64,000 nt of DNA from Ramazzottius varieornatus. Its lineage: Eukaryota; Animalia; Tardigrada. The stretch covers positions 1,838,761 to 1,902,760 of the forward strand of contig BDGG01000008.1 in assembly GCA_001949185.1 (NCBI GenBank), given 5' to 3'. A program made the translations under genes and the position numbers. Below, in pieces: positions 1-12,500 of the stretch. The notes below the pieces were generated by a model. The model saw only the letters and a program-made list of their open reading frames with translations, ran no database searches and had not been told where the DNA came from. Positions within the stretch are counted from its first letter, which is position 1; each line of letters begins with the position of its first letter.

Positions 1-890
1 AAAAGGGTCGTTCGGAGTCAAAAAAAATCGTACGCAAATTGGCCCGCCGATACCCATTTATTGCGCGTCTGCAACTGAGCAGTGGGCAGAGTAGATAAGT
101 AAGGCGGGGCTAGTTTGGGAAGTACGGAGCGGAAACAAGAAGAAAAGTATCTTTAGTCTGCCAATCAAGATTGTTCAAGTCACAGGTCTTGTTCCATGAT
201 TGGTCGTTTGCGGATATTCTTTAATTTCATGCCCCGCTTCATATGATATTATCTGGCCACGCCTTACTGATCTACTCTGTCCACTGCTCAATTGTTCATG
301 GTGTCTCAAGAGAAAACTGCGGATTTGCAAAGTTTGCAGCCCCGTCCGGCCAATCTCCTACGTCCTTTATGAGACCGTATCTCGGTATAATCGGAAGTAA
401 AGTACAACGCACGATAGGTAATTATGGGACAGGCCTTTTCGCCACGGTATAGCCACTTTTAATAATTCAAAACGCCGCCGTGCCCGCCACGAGTGCACGT
501 ACATGGTCTGTATCAAACCAGTGTTGTACGACGGCGTACGTTTCTGTGCCAGCAAGCACAGCGCACAGACAAAGTTGCCTACAATCTAGGCAAGTTGCAC
601 TGAGGGAAAATCCCGGAAGAGCTTGCCAGAGTGCTGTGTGAGTCAGCAGTTTGCGGCGGTATGGGAAGCTCTTTCGGGCACCAGTCCAAAAACTGCGAGC
701 ATGTATCAGTCAGAGCGATTAAACGATCGCATACGAGCCTTGTACGTCATCCTAAACAGGCGTCAGGCGTGCTGATACGTCACGTTCTGAACAGCCAGTC
801 AAAAAATCAGCCTAATAAAACCGGCTATACGCTACGGCGATACGGAAGCACGTACGTACCGGTACACGACCGATTCGCACTATAAATGTA

Positions 891-2649
891 CTGTACTCCC
901 GCGATACACACGCCATACTTCCCTCTGTATTAGGAAAAGTAGTACTGCAAGTAAAAAAGTACCGTAGCGTTAACTGAGCTGATTGTCTGATCAGCTTGTT
1001 CTTTTGACCTGTTGAATTTCTGTTTTCTGTGTTTCCGGTGAAAGAGTCTGAACACTGCTTTACTTTGGTATCCTCCCTTGAACTCTACCTTTTTTGCCTA
1101 TCATAATGGGGACATTTAGAACCCGCTCGGTGTACAGAGTATCGGAAGCTGTAAGGAACTTGAGAGCTATGGCGGAAAGCGGGATGTCGATGTGGTCTTA
1201 CGCGAAGGTGGTGAAAATTCCAAGGACAACGATCAGAGATTGGAAGTGAGTGACTTCGATGATCAAATATTTTGAAATGGAGTTGTCTCTTATGATGACA
1301 ATATTTCAGAAAAAAGCTACCGGAAGGAACTTTCAAAGGCCGCAGAAAACTCATGTTTCAAGATGTGGAAAAGCGAGTGTAACACGAGGTGATCAAGACT
1401 AGAAACGTCAGCTTACCTGTACGCGACTCCGACCTTCGAAAGTGGGCAGCGCAAATCGCGAAAGATTTGAACGTGAAAAATTTCAGGGTATCAAACGGTT
1501 GGATATATAGCCTGAAGAAGCGATACCGTCTGAGTTATCGGGCAACAACAAAAGTGAGCAGAAAAACGACGAAGACGGCAGCGGATGAGGTACAACAATA
1601 GTTTGCTTTTGTACCAAAATCTTGATGTTCTGTCAGGCTTTCTTATTTTCGAAATTTAAACGTTTAGCTGAAGATCTGTTCTTACAGCTTGAAGAACATG
1701 TCTTCATGGAACGCGTAGAGGAAATTGTTGGCGTAAACAATACTCATCCTAGCCGGATCATCAACTTCGACCAGACAAGCGTTCTTCTGCAAAATACTTA
1801 CGGGAAGACGTTGTCTCCTATTGGAGTGAAGCAAGTGCACGTCATTCAACCTCCAGGGGAAAAGGAACGGTTTACTGTTGGGCTTGCTGTAACGGGAGAC
1901 GGACAGAAGTTTCCTGCTGCCATCGTCTTCAAAGGCGGCGTGAAGACTGGACAGTTGTCGGCGAACATTCTAGGAAAACTGAAAATTCCTGATAACGTTC
2001 GCGTTTTCAGTACGCGTACTGCTTGGTGGAATTCGAGGATCGATCACGAATGGATAAAGCAGTCGTTCGAGGAAGATACTCAGAACACCTTGTACCTCAT
2101 TCGAGACCATTTTGCAGCTCATCTGAAATTCGAAAGCAGAGAACTTCTAGAAAGCAGGAACGTCGATCAAGTTTTCATTCCTCGAGGAATGACTGGCACT
2201 TATCAGCCGCTAGACGTGGGCATAAACGCTCCATTTAAGGCTAACCTGAAGCGAGCGTATCATGAATGGCGAAAAGAACGAGCAGAGTTGACAGGTAAAG
2301 GATACCTTCGTAAACCCTCCCGACAGGACTTCATCGACTTCGTGTCTCAAGCTTGGGCAGATGTGAATCCAGAAACAATCGAGAACGCGTTCGTGGGGGC
2401 TCAAATTCTACCTGAACCAACATATATGATTGCTAATGAACAAACTTCTGTAGAGAATGATGAAGCGCCATTGGAATTTAGCTTTAGTTCGATCGAAGAG
2501 AACAGTGGTGACGAAGTGGCGGAAGATTCCTCTTTAGAGTACAGCTTTTCGACTGATTATTGCTTCAATAAAGTTCAAATTTTCTGCCCCCGGGAGGTGC
2601 ACATTCCTGACGTACGTACGAGTATGGCGTGTGTATCGCGGGAGTACAG
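891..2649 (+). mobile_element. pogo-superfamily (DD35D, Passer/Fot-like) DNA transposon, copy 1
   Basis: Perfect 29-bp TIR CTGTACTCCCGCGATACACACGCCATACT at 891-919 and 2621-2649, flanked by TA on both sides. Length 1759 bp. Near-identical inverted copy at 59454-61212. Confidence 0.95.
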
Positions 2650-2725
2650 TACTTTTCAACCCTTTTCTACGTTTGAATTTCCATTTTGCCGTCCATTCCG
2701 CCTGTCCCATGTCCCGCGTGTATAA
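1106..2725 (+). pseudogene. pogo transposase (HTH_psq + CENP-B HTH + DDE_1) with a premature stop
   Basis: Exons 1106-1245, 1310-1589 and 1688-2725 join in frame via GT-AG introns. Motifs KIPRTTIRDWK, FRVSNGW, INFDQT, IRDHF-x-QPLDV (D35D). TAA at 1380-1382 where copy 2 has TAC. Confidence 0.88.
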
Positions 2726-3504
2726 ACTCCACCGCGGAATGACGTTATTCAATCGAATTTAGGGCGAAATTAACTAGAAAAATGGAATGTCAACGTAGTA
2801 AAACGTTTTTCCATCAGATTCCACGTTCTTGTTTCTACGATTATCTCCGCCCCCAGTCCGCCCAAATGACGTCATTCCGATGCCGAGTTTGTACTTTGGT
2901 CCGAAGCCGATCAACATAACACGATCTAGATTTGGTCCTGTGGTACCGGTACAGTAGCATACCGTATAGTTTCCTGGCGGTAGACGGTGAGATGAAAACA
3001 CATATTTTCAGTCAAGGCCCGTCGATTCACCTTTGATGCGCGTGGCCGAAACAGGTTCGGGAATCAACAGATGGGTAGGGCGGCGCAATTTGCGGAGCAG
3101 CATTCCTGGCTTCGCATGACCCCTTTTTTGACGTCACGTTGCTGGCAGCTTTCAAGGAAATCGAGTGCTAGCTTCGCTTCCCATCCCCACGGAAAGAGTC
3201 TTGCAAACTGTTTCGCCCTTTTGGGAAGATACTCCAGTGCGTTTCGGGCGTGAGTGACAGCTAAAAACACCTCAGCCTGCAACTATTTATAGGAAACCCG
3301 AGCGAGAACTCGCTCGATTTTGCCTCACGAAGGTTGGTTCGTTAAAATTAACTGGAGGAATGCGTGCACGTGGAAATTCTACGTAAATTCATACTTGCAT
3401 GACTACGCAATCTTCTCACGATATCGAAGAAATAAAATGTACCCGTACGGTGTACTTCAACATGATCAGACCACGTTGCTTGCAAATGGCCTATTCGGAT
3501 GGAA

Positions 3505-6500
3505 CTATCGGTAATCCGAGCGACTGTATCGGTCAACCATCCGTTGTTGGGGACGTGGTTTAATTAGATCTCCTTGTACTTGAAAGTCCAGCCAACCGAA
3601 AGACTTTGGCACATCTTGTAGTAGTGACCTCCGCCTGCAATGAAAACGAACCGTCAAGCCGTACACGTGACTTTAGACTTCCAGGTTACACGGGTCGCGT
3701 TAGACTGCAATGTCTCCTAACAGCTTACCATATCCTAGCCCACAGTAAAAGCAGCAACATGAGTACCAACAGCACAGACATAACAGAAGCAATCACGATC
3801 GTGAAGTATGCATCTGGAAAAAACGATGTGACAAAGTGGAAAAAGAGTACTCAGGTAAGGCGTAGTATGGATGTTGGGAAAGGCACTCGTTCTCACCCTT
3901 CTTCCAACATATGACATTGGCTCCGAGGAACCCACACGGCGGTTCGTTTGGCGGTGGAAAAGGCGCTACCCAGCTAATCGAAGCGACATCTACAAACTCG
4001 TTCGCGGAAGCGTCCAAGGTCATAATCGTTGTAGGCCAGACGCCACCTTTCTGGAACTGCTGGATTATCAGCGGCTGCTTCCGCTCGCCCACTTCGTCGA
4101 ACTCGATCGGACCAGTGTCCAGCCAGAATGTTCTGTTCCAGTATCGTCTTGCGAAAGCAGAACCATCGTTCAGATCAACAACCCTGGATGGATCGTTCAA
4201 AGTCTCTTCCAGCACGTGACCAAACAGTATGACATCTTCATAAGCGGCTGTCACAAACGGATTCGGCTACGGGGACAGAGAAGAAACTTACGTGATTTTT
4301 TAAGCCCTGACGTCACGACTTCATGCGTCTGAATCGTGATCAGCGATGCTGTTTACCGTTTCGAGTGGCGCATAAGTAAAGTTGAAGTAATGTTTCGATA
4401 TGTTTGTGAACGTCTCGTATAAGCCCACTAGTCTTCCGTTACTTGAGCTGTCTTGGGGAAAAGTCACGAGGAAGACCGACTGGTAAGCCAGTTGTGCTTC
4501 CTAAATTAGAGCATCTGTAATCATTCCGGCGTAAGAGGTTCGGTCAAAGAATGATCTTCGTTACCTCATCGAACTTGTCGCCGTACTTCCATGTGTAGTT
4601 TCCGTAAAAGCTTCGATGACGAAAGGGCTCATGCGCCAAATATACCTGCCGGAAAACGATGGTATGGATGTCTCAAGTATTACAGAAACCTTTTTATGCT
4701 TTACTGTAGCAAAACTACCCACGTATTCTCCATTCGTCATTTGCGCCCTTTTCACCTGCAGCTGTTGAAAAAGCATAACATTCAGAAACTTTCCAGCAAA
4801 TATTTCATATTGTGGCGAAGTCCTGGGCTCCCTTTGTATTTACACTCTTGAGGTGAAAGCTGTCTCACCATGAACTTTCGGAGATCCGAGGCGTGTCCCA
4901 GAAAAACAACCACTAGAAATACAGATAAGCCAGTCATGAAAAGTCTTAAGCTATTTCCTTATGGAATTGTATTAATATTGTCGGTCATCCAAAAAGATGA
5001 ATGGGTCACGAATTAATTAGTGTTACCTCGAGCTGAAATTCGCATGTCTCGTAGAATACCACCCAGATTGATCTTTTCCGGGTTCCCCATGTTGGTATTG
5101 GCAAATTTGACCCGGAAGCCCTTCGCAGCCAAACCCGACACAAAGTTTTGAATCAACAGAAGGTGCACGGGTGTGGCTGACGCGTCCAGCAGGATGTAGA
5201 CAGAAGTCCACAAGAACCGCTGGAAGAACTTGGTATAGATGTTATGCATGCTTTTGACAGCGTTGTTGCCGGCCAAGACAACGTTTGGGTAGAGCGTCTT
5301 GTTTCGAAAGATGGTTTCCGCTGTGCCTCTGCAGATAGGACATGTGCGATTTGGGTCAGGGATTAAACTTTGCTAAAACAAGCCCCTGTAGGTGGGCCTG
5401 CAAATCGCCTGGGTCGATTCGTACAGTATTATGAACGGTGCAATTATTCATACCCGATTGTCATGAATGCATTCCATCCGCTAATCAGCTTTCCCATGGC
5501 CGTTCTTTCAGTGCATCCTGTAAATACTTACACCGTAAACCTACCATAGGCAAACTTCTTAGCTCAGTGGAAGCATGGACCGTGATAACCTCACCGTTCA
5601 GACTTTCGGTGAGGTTATACCGAAGCAGAGTCCATATACTCTCCATAGTCCCCCAGCATTGATTGCAAGAACGGCTGAAATAGAATCAGCTGTTTGGGAA
5701 ACATCTAGCACCGCTGAGCGAACACCCGGAAACACCCGGACTCTGATTAGTCCAGCGACGTGCAACCATCCGCCCATCCGCTAGAGGGTGGTGCGAGACG
5801 GTTATCGGATTAGACCAGAGCGCGACAAGCACATGCAGCGCTAAGGTGCTCGCTTGCCATTTATGTGCAGGAACGAGGGCGTCGATGTTCCCGTTGTTCG
5901 CTCCAATTGACTTTGAGACCATGTTTGCACACTTCTGATATCGCCCTTCTGTACAGCTGGAGCCTTGAGGAGTATGCAGAGTATATGGACTGTGGCCGAA
6001 CGCAGTACATCGGGCCTGAATTCGAAAGGTATGTTGCGACCGAATTAGGTAAAAAGCCCGCCCGGATTGCGACCGGGAATACCGGGAATATTCCCAGACA
6101 AAACAGTCCAGAATAATTGTACGGGAAAAATTACAGCTAAACGGACCGGAAACGTCCGTCTGGGAATGCCGGGAATGACGCTGGTAGAAAAGAGGAATAA
6201 CCGCGAACTTTTCTTATTTATAGGATTCAAAAGCTCCCAGGCCCAGAGCGTCTACCTACGAACAATTTACAACCTCATTTGAAAACGCTGGCTAAACGGT
6301 TTCTCTCCAAAGAAATTTGGAGTCGCGTGTTGAAGTTTCGGAGGGCATGCAAACCAAGCGCAGGCTTGAGAAACTTTGACGGAGGATATAGCCAGATAGT
6401 AATTAAACCTGCCAAAAACCTTAATTTGATTAGAGAAAAACGTGTGCCGTACATTCCTGGAGATGGAAAAATTCTTGAAACCTTGAATAGTGAAAGTAGA

Positions 6501-9500
6501 TATCTTGGTACATGATAAGAAATCACCCTACTTCGTTTTCATCGATCGAGAGAGGAAAAATTGGCAAGAACTTAGTGCTCCATCGAGCTGGCGCACATAG
6601 AGAAGCGCGACGTACCACATGGTATTTTAACACTCTGCGTACGACCGTCCTCTTTGTGTATACAATCACTCAGTTTTATTCACCTCCCAGTTTTAGCTTT
6701 TGGTCTTTCGGGTCTAGGTCTTTTTGTTTGCATGTACCTCGGTCTTCTCACCAAAGCAACACTAATGACCAGCGATCAGCAAAACCCCAGCACGCAGGAA
6801 ATTTTTTCTACGGTTTCGGGTGGTTTTGGTGAAATTTGGTGTTTCGTCTCTTCGCGCGAGACACGTGCACGGTATTCGCTTAGAAAAAAACTGGAGCACG
6901 GGGGACAGTCTTATCTATCGAAGCTGAGCCTGGGATAAGTTTTGTAGTCATCAGTGCGGTCAGAAGAAAATCAAGACGATCAGTTCTCCCTTTTATGATT
7001 TGGCGTTCATGGCCTGCCAATTATCCGAATTTTAAAATTTCGAAAATTGCCTATTGGTTGGACCAGCCTCCGCACTACGGTAAAAGCCAATGAAATTCTT
7101 GTATACACAAAGGGAACGGTAGTATTCTGCAAACATGAAAACGATTGTGCTGAAAGTTTTAGAAAACTTATTTTTGGAAGTCAACGTTCGTTTGTTTCCA
7201 CGCATTTGCGCTGTAAGCTACGCAGTACAGCGCACATGCTCGATGCTGAGAAAGGAGTAACTGGTTTTGTGGAAAAAAATTGCAAACAAACCCTAGTCAA
7301 AAATGAGCCCTCCCTCCCCCATTTTCCTTATGTTCGCCTGTCATTCCTTCATTAGTTGCGGTTTTGAAAAATAGTAAAGAGCTTGATGTTACTTTTGGTT
7401 ATCATACAAAACGAGAAAACCGATTTGCATTGTCAAAAACGTTGTCGAAACTGTACCTCCAAAAACCGCAGAGCCATCTTGACAATATTATACATTGGAT
7501 GCGAAAATTATCTAACGAGCTCCAATTTAATATAGTATTCAAATATCCTAATATCTCTAGACGAGATCCAGCGAGACTGGTGAGCCATGTATGAATATGT
7601 CTTCGTTCAGGATTTACAGTACGTCTGGAACCATCCAGATTAGATTCTGGATTAGGATTTGCAGATGACTTGATTTCACACATCAAAACCTCACTAGGCA
7701 CTTTCAGGAGATACTCTTGTGCTAACTGAGCTTCCGAGAATCTCGGTACGACGCTGAATCAATTCGAACTGCATATACGAAGATACAGTATGCGGTTGAA
7801 TCCATCGAGATCATACTCGGAGTTTATTCAGTCCAATCTGATACCATTATTTGAAGCGAGGAGACACGAGTAACCACTAGGTAGAGCACTGGGCCGCAGG
7901 TCCAAAAGTACGCTGTGACTGTGCTGCACAACTTCCATGCCCAGTGGCTAAGCAGCTGTGCTGCAGATGCACGTTGACCTGGTGCAACTGCGCGGAACGC
8001 CGATGTATTGACGTGGTTTGTAATTTAGTCAGCGAAATCGGTAGTCAACCTGGAGAACGTTGCCCTAAAGTACGGCAACGCTGAGACGGCTGACGTTCGA
8101 ATGCTCAAAAACAGTAATTTTTGTTAAATTTCGGTAGGTGCATCTGCGCGGTAGTCTATGGCTTTCTGCTGTATGCTGTGCTGTGCCGCACAAATTCCGT
8201 CAGTTCACGTGCAGTGGCCCTACTCAGAATTCAGATTTATCTAAATCAGGCTTATTTAGTTGGATCTTGATTTAGCGAAATCCACCAATCAGACAGCCAA
8301 TTTACGACCTGAATTCTGAGTGCCGAAATAACGGCTAAATCACGGTAGCGATTCAATGACGTAGATTCCAAGGTGACGTCACCGAGAATGCATCTCGAAT
8401 TTCCAGCTGTGACAAAGTTTAGTTTTCTGTTTCTCGCTCACTTACTAGCAGTTCGACCATGCCTCGTCTAGTTAACCGTAAAGAACTTGTTCGGTCAGTC
8501 GACGTCAAAATTCTGACAGATCTTGTGCTTCATGATGTTCTGGATTCTAGTAGCGACGAAGAGGATGAGATGTTGTGCGAAACTGATGGCAACAGTTCGG
8601 AAGATGATGAAGAAATCAAGATAGCTGTCGTTCGATATTTCGCCACTCAAAGCCGTTACCTTTCCGCGCGAGTGAACTCACCAAAAACGAAAGAGTTAGC
8701 CTACCTGATATTCCAGTCAGATGAGCTGACCTTCAAGAGAAACGCCCGAATGACCAGGCAAGCATTTTTCGCTGTTGTGGACAAAATAGGCTCTCACATT
8801 GTCTTCAGGAACAAGAGTCATCACGAACAGGCTCCTGTGCCTGATCAGCTTATGGTAGCATTGTCGCGGTTTGGATTCGACGGTTCCGCTNNNNNNNNNN
8901 NNNNNNNNNNNNNNNNNNNNNNNNNNNNNNNNNNNNNNNNNNNNNNNNNNNNNNNNNNNNNNNNNNNNNNNNNNNNNNNNNNNNNNNNNNNNNNNNNNNN
9001 NNNNNNNNNNNNNNNNNNNNNNNNNNNNNNNNNNNNNNNNNNNNNNNNNNNNNNNNNNNNNNNNNNNNNNNNNNNNNNNNNNNNNNNNNNNNNNNNNNNN
9101 NNNNNNNNNNNNNNNNNNNNNNNNNNNNNNNNNNNNNNNNNNNNNNNNNNNNNNNNNNNNNNNNNNNNNNNNNNNNNNNNNNNNNNNNNNNNNNNNNNNN
9201 NNNNTCGTTCATTTGAAGCAAGATGAAATGTTTTTTCACAGTTCCGTAAATTGAAAGTTCGTCTTACCCCGTAGCGCTTTTCCGTTTTTGGTTCCTTCGC
9301 CATTGACACCGAAACCAGTCCCAGTCTTGGCTAGATGAGCCTCTTTCCATTTCCCAACAAGGTTATGGACTTTAGTGGTTACTTGTTTTTCCGTCTTTAC
9401 AGCACCCGACTTTGCAAGATGCTCCACGATCTTCCGCGTGATGTCCATCCTGGTGTTGGAGCTAGTTCTCTTCCTTCCATCTCCTTTGTCTTGCGGAGCA

Positions 9501-12500
9501 GACCGAAACTTGTCGTAGTTTCCAGGTGTTTCTAACCACTGGAGGAGGCTTTCTTCTGCTTGCTTAGTCCATCCTTCCCTCTTCGTGGCTTGAACCGTAC
9601 ACTTTTCTGCCATCCTACTTTGTACAAGAACTTGCTGAACTGCTGGTTTAGGAAGCAGCTGTCCTCTGTAGAGTATCGAAGGAGCGTCGCAAGAAGACAT
9701 TTCCGAAAGAAAAAACGAACTTCAGCGACCTAACATAAAGTGAATCAAAATAAAAGTATCATGAAACTAACGTTGAAAATGTTTCCGTCTTCGCGCCAGA
9801 ACACGTCTCTGAAGTACCGGGTGACGAGTGCAAAACAGCTGTTTTCGGTGGAAAACAGTAAGCCATGTGACGTCACAACTGGATTTACGCCGCTGGATTT
9901 AGCTAAATCGACCTGTTTCGGTGCATTAGATTTAGCTCGATGGGCGGGCTACATTTAGGCTATGGGCCAATCTGCACGCGAATTTAGCTGAGCTAAATCT
10001 GTGGATTTAAATAAGTCTGAATTCTGAGTAGGGCCAGTGAACTGACGCTGAACTGACGCATGCGCTGCAGTGCAGTGCAGCGCATGCGGCCAGATTTCGT
10101 GCTCTACCACCAGGGTCGTCTCTGAACGAACAAGAACTAGTGCTTGCGCTGGTGACAACAAGCAGCTGTGAATAGTACTTGTCGGCAGGACGGACGCGCC
10201 CTATAGTGCTGGCAACGATACGGTATACCGATATCGTATCGAAATATATCGAATCTTTGCGATAAAATATACGGCAGATATCGTATCGAAAATATCGATA
10301 TGAAACTCGTATCGAATGATGCAATAAAATATTCGGCGATATCGTATCGCGCTATATCGATATATTTTCGATATATCGGTATTTTGCTGAATGGCAAACT
10401 CGCCAGTGATATCTCGTTTACGGAAGACCATGGTTGATTTCAAAACTTGGTTTTGGCCATGGTGTACCGAGCACACTCCATCCATTCGGTTCTGGTACTA
10501 TTTCTGTCCAGTTTTCGATGTGTTTGTAGTCTTGGTATAATCGTTTCTTTGCTGCATCCAACGCTTTCGATCTTACTAACACTTTATGTGGAAATCGGCT
10601 TCTCGAGTTTTTGGGCTTGGACAAGTGGAATTCCGAAAAACTAAAGTTCCAGAAATATCGATATATCGCTGCGATATGATACGATATATCCAAAATACGG
10701 TATCAGAAAAATATCGTATCGAAATATCGATATCGAATGAATATCGAAGACAGCGATAAAATATCCGCCGATAAGGTAGCGAAAATTATCGTATCAGATG
10801 TTGTCGTATTTTTGCCAGCACTAGCGCCCTATGGATCCTAATGGATCAAACTTCTGCTTATGGGACGGTCACGGTGTCGAAACATAAAAATATACTGATT
10901 TGATCGATGAATCACAGTGGAGTCACGAACTGTACTTTTGCCACGACACTTTTATCAGAAAGTGACCTTCAGAGTCCGAAAGCTGGTTCCGGATGCTAAC
11001 CAGTCGGCGTATGCTAGAAGAAGCTTAAGTCCGTATCATCACGTCACACATTTTCGTTCGATGGTCAGGATGCAAGATGCACCGGTATTGTTCGCACAGT
11101 CGGAACTCACAACAAGAAAAGAAAGGCAAAAGTTTCGATTAGTAAGGAAGGGAATTGTCCGATCAAGGCTAAGAGTACGAGACTACCCCGACCGACAGCG
11201 AACTTTTTTAGCCTACCGTACTCAGCTGATGTTGAGAAAATCTGCGTCGGCAATTCACGCAATATTAGTAAGCATAAGTAAAAGTGCACAAATATTGACA
11301 AGGTTAGGTGAGCAAGAGCAAATCATGACTGACGAAGAAATCCATTTCGTCGCCGACGTCGAAATCCTCGCAAGTTCGCTTTTTTCCGTTTCGTCTCCGC
11401 TCTCGTCGATCTCCATATCGGCCGGCTTAACGATCGCAGTGGGTGGTAGAGGAGGGACTGCAGCACCGAAATCCGTGTCCGAAACCTATTTTTCCGCTAT
11501 CTCACTGTGTGGGATGACGATGTCTTTGTGAAAGTTGCGACAGTTAAGCCGGACAACCTTTGGTTCTTCACGGACATCCAGAGCCATGTTTTCCCCGTTC
11601 CAGCACTGAAGAGCTTCTTTCAGCGCCAGCGGATGTTCAGCTCGTGACCCGTACTGATTTTCATTTCCTTACTTGTCAACTTGCATTTGGTACCGCAGTA
11701 AGCAATCCCCTGTCTGGCTAGCAGTTCGGCGATTCTTGATAACGAATCAGGACAGAAACCTTGTAGCTTTTCTTGGGATTAAGCGGTCAACTGTTGGTCT
11801 CTTTGAATGCGAGAACCGGCGATGTCGTAGAGTCTAGTTGCGCCATAACAGGTCTACACAACAAGAAATTATACGCAGAGCCGCATATCTCATAAGCTCA
11901 ATCAGAACCTTGATGGAAAGTAGTACAGTGGAATATCTCTCCGCGAGTTTATAAGGAAGAAAAGCCGGCAAACATTATTCCAATGATGGTACTTCAAGAC
12001 TGTTTCCTCCGTTAAATAGTTTGGTGTTCTTTTGCTTGAACAGGCATCTACGCGCACAAAAACCTTGATCGATAATTTAGTCAGGGACAGGCTGCCGGAA
12101 ACACATTTATTTTCGAGCAAGTGCAAAGCGTCCTGCATATCTTGTTCGTTGGTGGGTTGCCCATTTCCAATTACCAACTACACACAAACGACCCTGGCAT
12201 TGTTATTCTCACCTCTCCTTTGATATTTGTGTGCGGCCAGAATTCATGCGTTGACTGAACGTGTGCGTTGGATACACTTCGAAGTTTGCACACTGCGTAG
12301 TGCTCTGTGGCTTGCCTTTGTTGTCCAATGCCTTTGTTTGTTAGACCATTATCAGTGTAAACACAAGCAGCCCTCAGACCTCGTATAAACTAGTTTACAC
12401 CGTTGTACAGATTTCTGATTAATGCTGTGATTAGTGGAGGATGTGTAGTGTCGTGGTGACAACGCATCCCAACAATCAAATCAAAGTATTTTTATGTTTC

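Larger units (their letters stand above)
8216..10035. mobile_element. PIF/Harbinger transposon with two convergent ORFs; contains assembly gap 8891-9203
   Basis: About 32-bp TIR GGCCCTACTCAGAATTCAGAyTTATyTAAATC; 3-bp TSD AGT on both sides. Confidence 0.9.
7882..10106. mobile_element. hAT-type MITE (GCTGC/GCAGC-rich) hosting a Harbinger insertion
   Basis: TAGAGCAC...GTGCTCTA termini; 8-bp TSD ccactagg/ccaccagg. Confidence 0.7.

Noticed and set aside
5686-5922. Local first exon for gene A
   Set aside because: In-frame stop, no clear signal peptide, and poor match to paralog first exons. The 13875-14238 exon fits better.
6010-6246. CGGGAA-rich possible hAT MITE (similarly the GTAC-rich 519-882)
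   Set aside because: Only short terminal matches and no TSD, so not called.
8845-9309. ORFs containing X runs
   Set aside because: Artefacts of translating the N gap.
10007-10693. Tyr/Arg/Ile/Asp-rich ORFs
   Set aside because: Translation of CGATAT repeats in a MITE.
10855-10890. Hammerhead-like cttatgg-gac...gtc-gaaa
   Set aside because: The core deviates from CUGANGA in both copies, and stems I and III are not evident.
10917-11640. 204-aa ORF, and an opposite-strand LINE ORF1-like remnant
   Set aside because: No recognisable motif, and multiple stops on the minus strand.
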